DNA from: Chiloscyllium plagiosum
Taxonomy: Eukaryota
Reading direction: 5' to 3'
NCBI RefSeq assembly: GCF_004010195.1
Contig: NC_057719.1
Span: 89,976,705 to 90,035,609, forward strand
Length of the DNA stretch: 58,905 nt
Below are positions 11,339 through 22,714 of this stretch, in pieces. The notes under the pieces were generated by a model. It did no database searches. It was not told where the DNA came from and saw nothing but the letters and a program-made list of their open reading frames with translations. Positions within the stretch are counted from its first letter, which is position 1. Each line of letters begins with the position of its first letter. The position numbers and the translations under genes were made by a program.

Positions 11339-11571
11339 TGCAGTGATTTTCGCCAGGTAGACCTCACAGCATAAGAGTTCCGTGATTGGGCGTGTTAACC
11401 TGGTCCAATCAGGGAGCCCTAACTGAGAGATATTGCCAGGAGTGTCAGAGGTTCCAATCACTCCAAGAGCTGGCTTGGAGGAGGCTGGACCAATGTCAGG
11501 TGCTATGCACGTGTAAATAAAGGGTGACTTGGTAAAGCAATCCAGCCTCCTGCCTCTGTGATGTTATTTCA
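11339..11571 (+). mobile_element. Gypsy-type solo LTR
   Basis: TG...CA, AATAAA ~11516, diverged 5-bp TSD GTTGT/GCTAT; homologous to LTRs at 26712, 54275 and 55085. Confidence 0.8.
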
Positions 11572-11726
11572 GCTATCGACAGCTTTGGTAAGTTTTTGCT
11601 GTGCATTGTGAAGATGGATGTGGTGACAATCAAGTGGGCTGCTTTGGCCTGAATGGTGTTAAGGTTCTTGAGCGTTGTTGGATCTGCATCCATCCAGGCT
11701 GATGGGGAGTTTTCCATCCCACTCCT

Positions 11727-13195
11727 GAGCCTTTTTAAAAAGAATCTTATCTTGGAGCAGCAGTGACATCATCAGAACGACTGAAGGCCAGAGCGGAGCC
11801 AGCTGTTGGCTTGGAGCAGAGCAGCCTGGAGGCCCGAGCGGAATGGGTCGGCCAGTTTAATGCACACCAGACCTAAGTGGGATGGCCAGCGAGCTGGAGA
11901 GCCAAGTGGAGTGGGACAGCCAGTGGGGTGGAGGCTGGAGTAGAGTGGGACAGCCAGGGGGATGGAGGCCTGAGTGGAGTGAGACAGCCGGGGGGGTGGA
12001 GGCCCGAGAGGAGNNNNNNNNNNNNNNNNNNNNNNNNNNNNNNNNNNNNNNNNNNNNNNNNNNNNNNNNNNNNNNNNNNNNNNNNNNNNNNNNNNNNNNN
12101 NNNNNNNNNNNNNNNNNNNNNNNNNNNNNNNNNNNNNNNNNNNNNNNNNNNNNNNNNNNNNNNNNNNNNNNNNNNNNNNNNNNNNNNNNNNNNNNNNNNN
12201 NNNNNNNNNNNNNNNNNNNNNNNNNNNNNNNNNNNNNNNNNNNNNNNNNNNNNNNNNNNNNNNNNNNNNNNNNNNNNNNNNNNNNNNNNNNNNNNNNNNN
12301 NNNNNNNNNNNNNNNNNNNNNNNNNNNNNNNNNNNNNNNNNNNNNNNNNNNNNNNNNNNNNNNNNNNNNNNNNNNNNNNNNNNNNNNNNNNNNNNNNNNN
12401 NNNNNNNNNNNNNNNNNNNNNNNNNNNNNNNNATGTGGGACAGCCAGGGGGGTGGAGGCCCGAGAGGAGTGGAACAACCAGGGGGTGTAGGCCTCAGTAG
12501 TGTGGGACAGCCAGGGGGGTGGAGGCCCGAGAGGAGTGGGACAGCCCGGGGGTGGAGGCCTGAGAGGAGTGGGACAACCAGGGGGTGTAGGCCTGAGTAG
12601 TGTGGGACAGCCGAGGGAGTGAAAGCCCGACAGGAGTGGGACACCCAGGGGGGTGGAGGCCTGAGCGGAGTGGGACAGCCAGGGGGGTGGAGGCCTGAGC
12701 GGAGTGGGACAGCCAGGGGGATGGAGGCCTGAGCAGAGTGGGACAACCAGGGGGTGTAGGCCTGAGTAGTGTGGGACAGCCGGGGGGGGTGGAGGCCCAA
12801 GAGGAGTGGGACAGCCAGAGGGTGTATGTCTGAGAGTGGGTGGAGGCCTGAGTAGTGTAGGATGGCCAGCATTCCTGGAGCAGAGTAGTGACAGTTTTGC
12901 TCTGGGTGATCCGCTGTTTGAGAGACTAGTCAGAATGTGTGTGGATGCCCCTGCATTGATCTAGTACAAGCCCTTTACAGTAAAACTGTAGTGTTTATTT
13001 CTTATTTTTCTAACTTCTGTTATGAATAATTGTAAGATAATGTAACATTTTTTCCTTTATTTCTCTTTTTTTCTAATCTAAGATTTGTACTTAGGTACTT
13101 TGTGGTGCCTTGTGGGGCGATATTATAAACTTTTCATTATACTTCTGTACTTGTGTACATTTGAGAATGGACCAAGTTCTAATATCAAATTCTAA
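11727..13195 (+). mobile_element. Composite non-autonomous element: head + VNTR + Rex1-like tail
   Basis: Interrupts host LINE; tail resembles 58610-58720. Confidence 0.55.
11900..12870. repeat. G-rich minisatellite, ~34-36 bp unit (GGAGTGGGACAGCCAGGGGGGTGGAGGCCTGAG), contains N-gap
   Basis: Directly visible tandem units on both sides of gap 12014-12432. Confidence 0.95.
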
Positions 13196-13519
13196 TTGTG
13201 CCTTACAGATGATGGATAGTCTTTGGAGAGTCAGGAGGTGAGTTACTTGCCACAGTATTCTAGCCTCTGACTTGCTCTTGCATCCACTTCTTGGTCTAAT
13301 GAGAAGGGTCTCTTGTATTTAACAAGATATCATTCATTGCACATTAGTAACTAGTTACAAGTTACATTGATATAACAGCCAAAAAAAAGACATTCAGTGC
13401 AGTGTCTACATGTGAATTTTCTGGTGGGATCCTTGCCACGAGGACCCGCAAGATTTCTTGTTATATCTTACCCAACTCATTTCAATAACTATCTACACTC
13501 TCTCTATGGCTTATCTCAT

Positions 13520-15170
13520 GCCCACTTCTATCTCCATCCCATCATTCACTCTTCCTGGAACAAGGTCACACTGGATATAGACTTCCAGTCAGAAAAACAC
13601 CCCTCAAACATCACTGCCTGCTTCTGGCCACTCAGCCAAAAATTCGCAAACACTCCTTGGATTGCACAGGCTATGTCTCCCATGCAAGACCTTTTCAAAT
13701 GCCTTGCTGATGTCCAAGTAGACTATATCAAAAGCATTGCCCTCATCTACACACCTAGTCACTTCTTCAGAAAATTCATTCCAGTTGGCCAGACATGAGC
13801 TTCCCTTAACAAAACCATGCTGACTGTTCTTGATTCTCCCTGTCTCTCCAAATGCAGATTAATTCTGTCCCTCAGAATTGTTTCCGATAATCTCCACATC
13901 AACGAGGTTAGGCCGGTCGGCCTGTGGTTTCTGTAGTTGTAATTTACCTAATTTTTTTAAGTGTATCACAGATATTTTCCCTGCTTTCTATACCCACATT
14001 ATACCTCTCAGTAGTGAACACTGACCCAGAGTGTTCATTGAGAACTCTCTCTACATCCCCTGGCTCTGTGCACAAATTGTCACTGTGGTTCTTAACAGTC
14101 ATTACTCTTTCATTTGTTATCTTTATCCTTAACGTTCCTTTAAAACAACTTTGGATTTCCCTTTATTTTATCAATTCTTATCCCCCTCTAGCTCTCCTTA
14201 ATCTCCTTCCTGGTGTTCTCTCTTGAACATTCTTCACTTCTCTTGGGCTTCTGCTGTTTTGAGCCGTGTATCAACTATCAACCTCCTTTCTACCCTCAAT
14301 TCATTGCTGTATATCCCCTGATATTCAGGATTCACAGGCTTTTTTGGTCCCACCCTTTATTTCTATTGGAGCCTGTTAGCCCTGTACTCTCCCTGTTTCC
14401 TTCCTGAATGCATCCACTGTTCTGAAACAGATTTACCTAAATATATTGGCCCAGTTGACTCTGGCCAAATTGGACCTGATCTGGCTTTCCCCAGTTGAGA
14501 AATTTGATTTCAGGCCCATCCTTTTCCATAATGATCTTGAATCTAAGAGAGTTACGATTGCTGACTGCAAAATGCACATTGATAATTCAAACACTTGTAC
14601 AACTTTCTTACCTAAAACTAAGTCCAGAACTGCCCTCTTGGAGAGTGTTCTAAATACTGGCTTAGAAATCTCTCCTGGAAGCATTTTAAGAATTCCACTA
14701 CCCCTAAGGCTTTCACACTGTGACTACCCCAGTTAGTGTTGAATTTGAAATCCCCAAATGACCACAATTTACTTCACACTGGAAATTTTCCAGAATGTCT
14801 ACTCTTTTGTTTCTTGTGGAGGCCTATGATACAGTCCCAGCAATTTGATTGCTGCTCTTTGGTTTTTGAGCTCTACCCATATGACTTAATTTGAGGAACC
14901 TTCTAAAATGTCATCCCTCTTTGTTGCTGTAATAGATTTCCTGTTCAATATTGCAACACCACCTTGTCTTTTATCTCCTTCCCTGTCTTGCCTGAAGACC
15001 CTGTATCCTTGAGCTGCTCGTCCTGCCCTTCGTGCAGCAGTGACATCATACCTCCATGTTTTAATTTGTGCCCTCAATTATTCTGTCTTGTTTGTCAGAC
15101 TCCTAGCATTAAAATAAATACCATCCAACCTTCATCAAACTCCCTTCTGTTGTAACTGGCCTGAAACATT
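13520..15170 (-). mobile_element. Old CR1 ORF2 fragments (endonuclease + RT)
   Basis: GYRVFRQDREGDKRQGGVAIL; AVLDLVLG; QHGFVK and VYLD remnants. Confidence 0.8.
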
Positions 15171-16943
15171 CATAGTTCCTGACATATTTGCTGTCTCTTC
15201 TAATTTTGGCCATTCATCTATGAGGTCTGTCTGACTGAGCCCATTACAATCACTACATCCCTCTGAGGCTGAGGACATTGGCTGGTTCTATTTTTTTTGT
15301 AGCTTCTCCTGGGCATTTTGGCACTGGGTCAGGTTTCTTCAACTCTGCCTCTGATTCGGGCAGCATGTAATGCACGGTAGTTTGCCTCGTGAACCCACAG
15401 CATTACGGAAGAAATTCATTCTCCTCTTCAGGTGGCATCGCGAGGTGGCAACACTTTGACGTGTCCGTCTCAGATTCTGAGATATCTTCAACCCTTTACA
15501 GAGGTGGAGAACCCAGTCAGAAATATTGTGGAGGAGCCGGGCATGTTTACTTTCCACACTGTTTGCCGTTTTACAACTTTCATATGATCCACGTGCTTGT
15601 TGAGGACCATTGCACCTACCTGAACTTTATATGTAACTGGACCTGACCTTGTGTGGACCATGCCTCTTATCCATGCAGGGCCATTCCTACGGTTCCTACA
15701 CCAAACCTTGTCCCCTGAAGTCTCTCTTGCTTAGCAGAGCTTTGTGTCTAGCATTGGCATTCCTGAGTGTCTGTCTGGTCTGTTTGCGCAATTCAGAGGT
15801 TAGGCCTTTTGCCTTGTAAGTTAGTAGGGCGATATGCTCTGAGTGAGTTAGAAATTGTACCTGTACTTAATTAATAAAAAGGATAAGAATATAAGTTAGC
15901 TCGCTGAACATGAAGGTTTGTTTTCAGACATTTTGTCACCATACTAGGTAACATCATCAGTCAGAGCTTCCGGTGAAGCGTTGGTGGTATGGCCCACCTC
16001 TCTATTTATAGGTCTTGGTTTCTTAACGTGGGTGATGTCATTTCTGGTGTTTTTTCAAGGGAACGTAGATAGGATCTAAATCGATGTGTTTATTGATGGA
16101 GTTCTACTTAAAATGCTATGTCTCTAAGAATTCTTGTGCGTGTCTTTGTTTTGCCTATCCTCGGATGTGTGTGTTTTCCCAGTCAAAGTGGTGTCCTTCT
16201 TTGTCTGTATGCATAGAAACTAGTGAGATTGGGTCGTGCCTTTTGGTGGTCAGTTGGTGTTCATGTATCCTGGTGGCAAGTTTCCTGCTGGTTTGTCCAA
16301 TGTAGTGTTTTTTACATGATATCTTGTAAATGATGTTAGTTTTATTGGTAGTATCTAATGGATCCTTTAGTTCATCAGCCGTTGTTTAAGTGTGTTGGTA
16401 GGTTTGTGGACTACCATGATGCCAAGGGGTCTGAGTAGTCTGGAAGTCATTTCTGATATGTCTTTGATGTAAGGTAATGTGGCTATAGCTTTTGGTTGCG
16501 TTGTGTCAGCTTGTTTGGGTTTGTGTCTGAGGAATCACGGATTGGGTTTATTGGGTACCCATTTTTCTTGACAACACTGTTTAAATATTTGTCTTCTGCT
16601 TTTTGTAGTTCTTGACTGCTGCAGTGTGATGTAGCTTGTTGAAATAATCTCTTGATGCAGCTCTGTTTGTGGGTGTTGGGAAGATTGCTTCTGAGGCTAA
16701 GTATTTGGTCTGTGTTTGTTGTTCTTCTGTAGACACTGGTTTGAAGCTCTCTGTTAACTGTACGTTCAACTGTCACGTCTAGGAATGGGAGTCTGTTGTT
16801 GTTCACCTCCTCTTTTGTGAATTTTATGCCTGTCAGGATATTATTGATGGTGTTGTATGTTTCCTCTAATTTGTTCTGCTTTGTATGACAAAGGTGTCAT
16901 CTACGTAGCAGACCCAAAGTTTGGGTTGGAGAAATGGGAGGGT

Positions 16944-17156
16944 AGTTGAGAGTGTGTTGCTGGAAAAGCACAGCAGGTCAGGCAGCATCTGAGGAACAGG
17001 AAAATCAACGTTTCAGGCCAGAGCCCATCATTCCTGGTGAAGGGCTCTGGCCCGAAATGTCAATTTTCCTGCTCTTCGGATGTTGCCTGACCTGCTGTGC
17101 TTTTCCAGCAACACACTCTCAACTCTGATCTCCAGCATCTGCAGACCTCACTGTCT
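16944..17156. mobile_element. Short palindromic PLE derivative nested in the large PLE
   Basis: Same arms as 4065-4290, overall orientation reversed. Confidence 0.85.
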
Positions 17157-18049
17157 ATTAGATAGGGCAGCTTGTTCAAGTCTCTGCATTACTGCTTCCG
17201 CTATGAGCCCTGATATTGGTGCTCCCATAGGTGTTCCCTTGACTTGTTTGTTGGTTTTGTAGACAGGGGACGAAACGTTTGCAACAAAAACTTCCAGCTC
17301 GGCGTACAGAACCACAGCAGGTTTTGTTATAAAATGTGAAGTGGGTGGTCCACTAGTTTGAGGATGTTGTCTTTGCTGATGAAGTTGGTGCTGTCTGGTT
17401 TTCCAGGTAGTGATGTCAGTGTTTCTTTGGCCAGGTCGATGTTAATTGATGTGAAAAGGGCCGTAACATCAAAGGAGACCATTATTTCATCCTCTTCGAT
17501 CTTGGTGTCTTTGATGGTGTTCAGGAATTCTTGAGTGGAGTGAATGGAGTAGCATGAATCTTCAATTAGATGTTTTAGTTTTGATGGCATTCTTTGGCTA
17601 GTTTGTATGTTGGTATACCAGGGAGGGAGACTATGGATCTGAGGGGGGCACCAGGTGTGTGTATTTTTGGTAATCCATAGAAGCGTAGGGTATTGGATCC
17701 ATCTGATTTCATGTTTTGGAAGTCTGGTTAATTCTCCTGATTTTTTTTAAGTCCTGTGAGAAAGGATGAAATTCTGTTTCGCAGTTGTGGGGATTGGGTC
17801 TATCACCACCTGCTGGTAAGTGTCAGTATCTGCAAGCCTTTTTTAACATTTATTTTTTTGAATAAAAATCTTTTATTACTATTGCAACAAATACAAAAAA
17901 ATACAGTTCAAAAGAATACAAAGAAAGAACACAATAAAGTTTAAAAATCCCAACCTGCCCTCATGTACAAATGTATAAATTTATATATTAAAAAAATTCC
18001 CTAATTGTCTTCATTTTGTCCAAAAACCACAAGCTAGTAAGGGGGCACC

Positions 18050-20722
18050 TTGCCTGCGAGGTTTCGATATCTAACCATATTAAAAGAGGGTCCCCACAGG
18101 CCCAATCACTTACTTAGGATAAAAGCTCAGTTGGTACCTTGTAATGTCCGGAAGGTGCACTTCCCCCAATTTGTGTGGCAATTGCAGTTTAGCTAATTTA
18201 ATGAGGGGCCAGTTACGATGCCAAATAAAGGAGCTGAACCAGCCGTTCAGCCTCCTGAACATTTGCTTATTGAAAGCCAAAGGGAGCATCCGTATAGGGT
18301 ATAGCAAACGGGGGAGAACATTCATCTTAATAAGCGCCATCTGACCCAACCATGAGACTGGATGTACCTCCCATCTTTGAAGGTCTTGTTTGATTTTGTC
18401 AAATAACTGAACAATATTGGCTTTGAACAACCGATCCAGAACTGGAGTAATGAATATGCCCAAATACACAGCTAACTGGGAACATTCGCCCTCAAGACAT
18501 AGCACCTTCGTAAGACTACCCATAGGCATAGCCTCTGATTTCGCAAAATTAATCTTGAAAGGGTGCCAAACACATTGATGCATTGTATCAGGCAAGACAC
18601 TGAAACTGCTGGATTTGACATAAGAATTAGGACAATGAAATCTTACATAATTTTGACCCCACTGCTGGAGCTGATATATTAGGATCTCTACGAATGGCCT
18701 CCGTCAATGGTTCAATCACCAATGTAAAAGCAATGGTGAAAGGGAACAGCCCTGCCAGCTGCCCCTAAAAAATGTTAAAATTGCTTGCGCTGTACCCCAT
18801 TGGTGACGTCCGCAGTGAGAGAGTCACTGTAGAGACCCTTTACCCATCTTATCAGGACTTTGCCCAAGCCAAATCGCTCCAGAGTATAGAAAAGGTAGAG
18901 CCACTCAAATCAGTCAAATGCCTTCTCTGCATTTAGAGAAATCACTAATCCCTGTATTGACTGTTATTGACATGCTTGAATTACATTCAGCAGCCTCCTA
19001 ACATTATTGGAGGATCTGCGGCCCTTTATGAAGCCCGTCTGGTCCTCTTTAACAATAGAAGGTAATACAATCTCCAGCTTTAATGCGAGAATCTTAGAGA
19101 CGAGTTTACAGTCCACATTTAAAAGTGAAATGGGCCTGTATGAAGCACAGTCCTCCGGGACCTTCCGTTTGTTAAGAATAAGCGTAATAATGGCTTCTCT
19201 CAGAGATGGCGAGAGACAGTCGTGGCTGTATGAGTTATCAAACATATTGAGCATCGGGTCTGACAATAGGTTCATAAATTCCTTATAGAATTCACTGGGA
19301 AATCCGTCAGGACCGGGCATCTTTCCACTCTGAAGCTGCCTCACAGCTTCCTGCACCTCTTGCTCTGATAAGGAGGCATTGAGAAAAGACGCTTGTTTGG
19401 GGGTCACACCGGGGAGCTCCAGATCCTTAAAAAAAATTCCACTTTGGCCCGTCCCTCCTCATAACCCTCAGACTGGTATAACTTGGAGTAAAATCTCTGG
19501 AACGCCACATTACTCTTTTTGGAGTCACATGTTAGGTTCCCAAACCCTTCCCTAATCGCCGTAATGGCTTGTGGGGCACTCCTTTTCCTGGCGAGACATG
19601 CTAAATATTTGCCTGGCCTGTCACCATGCTCATATAACCTTTGCTTTGCAAAAAACAGCTCCTTCTCTGCCGTCTGCATGAGCACAGAATTCAATGCAGA
19701 CCGTAGCACTGTAATCCTCTGTAGCTTGACCAAACGAGGGCTGGTCAAAATAAGCCTTTTCGGCTGCCTTCAACCGTGCTTCAAGGAGGTGTTGCTGCTC
19801 ACTGTTCTGCCACTTCCTACTGGCAGAGTAGGAAATAACTAACCCCCTGGCATAGGCTTTGGCAGTTTCCCAAAGGATGGATGGGCTACTAACCGAACTG
19901 TGAGTTAATGTCTAGGAATGCCCAAAATTCCCTAGAGAAGTACTCCACAAACTAATTATCCTTGAGGATAAAGGGATCCATTCGCCAGTTCCTCGAACCC
20001 ACTGTAACGTCCTTAATCTTAACCAACAGGTACAGTGGAGCGTGATCGGAGATGGTAATATTACCAATTGTACAAGATGTCACCAAGTCCAGGGTTGCCA
20101 TAGGGGTCAGAAAAAAATCAATCCTGGTGTGACATCTGTGTGGATTGGAGAAAAACGTAAAATCCCTGCCTATAGGGTGGGGACATCTCCAGATGTCCAC
20201 CAACCCTCCACGCACAGATCCACTAATTGTTTAGTTTGTACAGAGGGCATCAGGGGACCTTTGGGCAACCTGACTACTGTGGAATGCATGAGACAGTTAA
20301 AATATCCCCCAATAATGATATGTCGGGACTCGAGACTGATCAGTTTAGAAAACGTGTCTACCAAAAATTTGACAGGCTGGGCCAGAGAGCAGTAAACATT
20401 TAAAACACCATATTCTTCTCCATTTATCAAGGCTTTGAGAATTACAAACCTCCTGAGCGTGTCTTTAACACTCTCCAGTAACTTAAATGGGAGATTCCTC
20501 CTAACCAATATAGCCACTTCTGGCATTAAAAGATTAAAAGTAAACCCGATCAAAACCATTCTGCTGTAGTTTCAAATGCACCCTATCGTCCAAGTGTGTC
20601 TCCTGTAACAAAGCAATATCCACCTTCTCCTTTCTAAGATTCAAAAGTACCTTCTTCCTCTTAATTGGTGAGTGACTCCCCTTGATATTCCAGGTACACC
20701 ATTTAATCAAGTCATTAGTCAT
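18050..20722 (-). pseudogene. L1 ORF2 (APE endonuclease + RT), frameshifted
   Basis: TWNIKG, LLQETHL, VAILV, TRIDFF, SDHAP, KMPGPDGFPSEFYK, SYRPISLLNVDCK, DQTGFIKGR, YLGIFIT. Confidence 0.92.
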
Positions 20723-21200
20723 AACCTTCTGCAGTAACATTTAAATTCTAGAGAGGAGAAACTCGAATCACAAATCGTCAAGTCTTAGTGTCACGTGATC
20801 CAGCGAACATAAAAACTACATAAACTAAACCCACTATATTTAACAAACCGACAAAGCTATCAAAGAAACCTAAAGAATCCATTAGATACTACCAGCAAAA
20901 CTAATGTTATTTACAAGGTATCATGCAAGAACTGTAAAAAGCACTACATCGGACAAACTAGCATTTAACAAACCGACAAAGCTATCAAAGATTATATACA
21001 ACAAAAACCAAAAAACAAACCAACGTTTGTTTGATATAAAGCGCCAACGGTGCTGAATAGGGGAACTCACCCCCTGCCCAAAGCGGGCAACGACCCAACC
21101 CAAAACCCAATTTACCATCCCGCTGCCAAGACTGCATCCCAGGCATTTAAATACCTGCAATAGGTATAAACTGCCCGTCAGTAGGCATCTAACCATCCCA

Positions 21201-21403
21201 GTCAAGATTAGAGTGGTGCTGGAAAAGCACAGCAGGTCAGGTAGCATCCGAGGAGCAAGAAAATCGACATTTCAGGCAAAAGCCCTTCATTAGGAATCAT
21301 TGCCCGAAACGTTGATTTTCCTGCTCCTCGGAAGCACCTATTGTGCTTTTCCAGCACCACTCTAACCTTGACTCTAATCTCCAGCTTCTGCAGTACCCAC
21401 TTC
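21201..21403. mobile_element. Short palindromic PLE derivative in L1 inter-ORF spacer
   Basis: 15-bp TSD CATCTA(A/G)CCATCCCA (21186-21200, 21404-21418). Confidence 0.85.
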
Positions 21404-21732
21404 CATCTAGCCATCCCAACCATTTTCCATCCTCCTAGCTAGAGCTGAACCGTAAACACAAGCAGAAAAGAAAGAAAATATACCATGAAATAGCAACATG
21501 AATAAAGAAATTTTTTAAAGAAAAAAGGGGTAAATACCCCATCCATCCTTTGGTATAACTTAACTTAGAAATTGGAAGTACACATCTCAACCACCACCAA
21601 ACATAGTTTAAACTAGATTATTACCAATTAAAAAAAGAAAAAGAAAGCCCCAATGGACTTCCTCTGTTTTTTTAAAAAAAGACATATCCAAACAACACTA
21701 CTATTTGTATATACTAAATTCTTCAGATTAGG

Positions 21733-22536
21733 TTAATTTGTCCACAAAGTCTCTTGCCTTCTCTGACGTGTTGAAGAGATGTGTAGATCCATCGAGGGGA
21801 TCCAAAGCACCGCCGGATACTTCAGAGAGTAGTGGATCCCAAGCTCCCTCAGTCTTCTGTTGACACCGTCATAGGTTTTCTGGATCACCGTTGCTGAGAT
21901 GTCCTGGAAGGACATTATCTTAGAGCCCTCGTAAATTAAGGCCTTCAGATCCTTCCCCTGGATTCTGGAAGCTTCCACAATTCTCTCCTTATCTCTATAG
22001 AGATGAAACCGCACCAAGAGAGGATGAGGATGTTGACCAAGACCTGATCTCCATGCCACGACCCGGTGAGCCCTCGCGATCTTCAAGCCTCTCACTCCAG
22101 CCCCCAAGTTAAGGAATTTCAGCAACCAGTCCTCAATAAATTCCGCAGGCCACTCACCTTCCTTACCCTCTGGCAGACCAACAATCCGAATATTTTTTAT
22201 CCTGTCCCTGTTCTCAAGATCATCCACTTAGTCACGCAAATTACGGACCTGTGTCTCCAGAGCTTGGATCCTATCCTTGGAGGAACTGGAATCAGCTTCC
22301 ACCACTGTGACCCTGTGTTCAATCTCAACCGTCCTTTTTTCCAGGTCTCCCAGCTGCTGTTCATGCTTCTGCAGCATGATAGAGATTGGGGCCAGCTTCT
22401 CCTCTATCTGCTGACCCAACTTCTCGTAAGATTTTGTGAGCTCGTTCACCAGGGCCTGGTAGGTAATCGAGTCTGAGGATCCTGCAGGCTGGGCCACAGG
22501 CTCGGCCTCAGACACTCCTCCTCCCTTCTTCGGCAT
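21733..22536 (-). pseudogene. L1 ORF1 (coiled coil + RRM + CTD), in-frame stop at 22228-22230
   Basis: DDLENRDRIKNIRIVGLPEGKEG, IARAHRV, LLVRFHLYRDKE, FQDIS, YSLKYPA. Confidence 0.9.
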
Positions 22537-22691
22537 CTCTGGACACGGAAAATACAGTTAAGTTGATATTTCACAGTTTTCTCCATGATCTTTCCATAGT
22601 CCAAGGATATTGCAATGGTCTGGGTTGGGCGGCTAAGAAGCTCGTCTGCTTGTGCTGCGGTGCGGAGCTCTGCAACTTGATCCTCCTAGAT

Positions 22692-22714
22692 TGCTGCCAT
22701 TTTGGATCCCCCCC
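22692..22714 (-). promoter_or_regulatory. L1 5' end with YY1-like motif
   Basis: Minus strand G-run then ATCCAAAATGGCAGC, similar to the CAAGATGGC motif at the start of L1 5' UTRs. Confidence 0.5.

Larger units (their letters stand above)
10530..13290 (-). mobile_element. Old LINE (same family as 55380-55930) split by CR1, solo-LTR and composite-element insertions
   Basis: Collinear pieces at ~10530-10635, 11140-11338, 11572-11726, 13196-13290; MENSPSAWMDADPTTLKNLNTIQAKAAHLI resembles a LINE RT C-terminus. Confidence 0.6.

Noticed and set aside
11772..12872. Longest ORFs (202-366 aa) over the minisatellite
   Set aside because: They read through an N-gap and a stop-poor tandem repeat; no coding evidence
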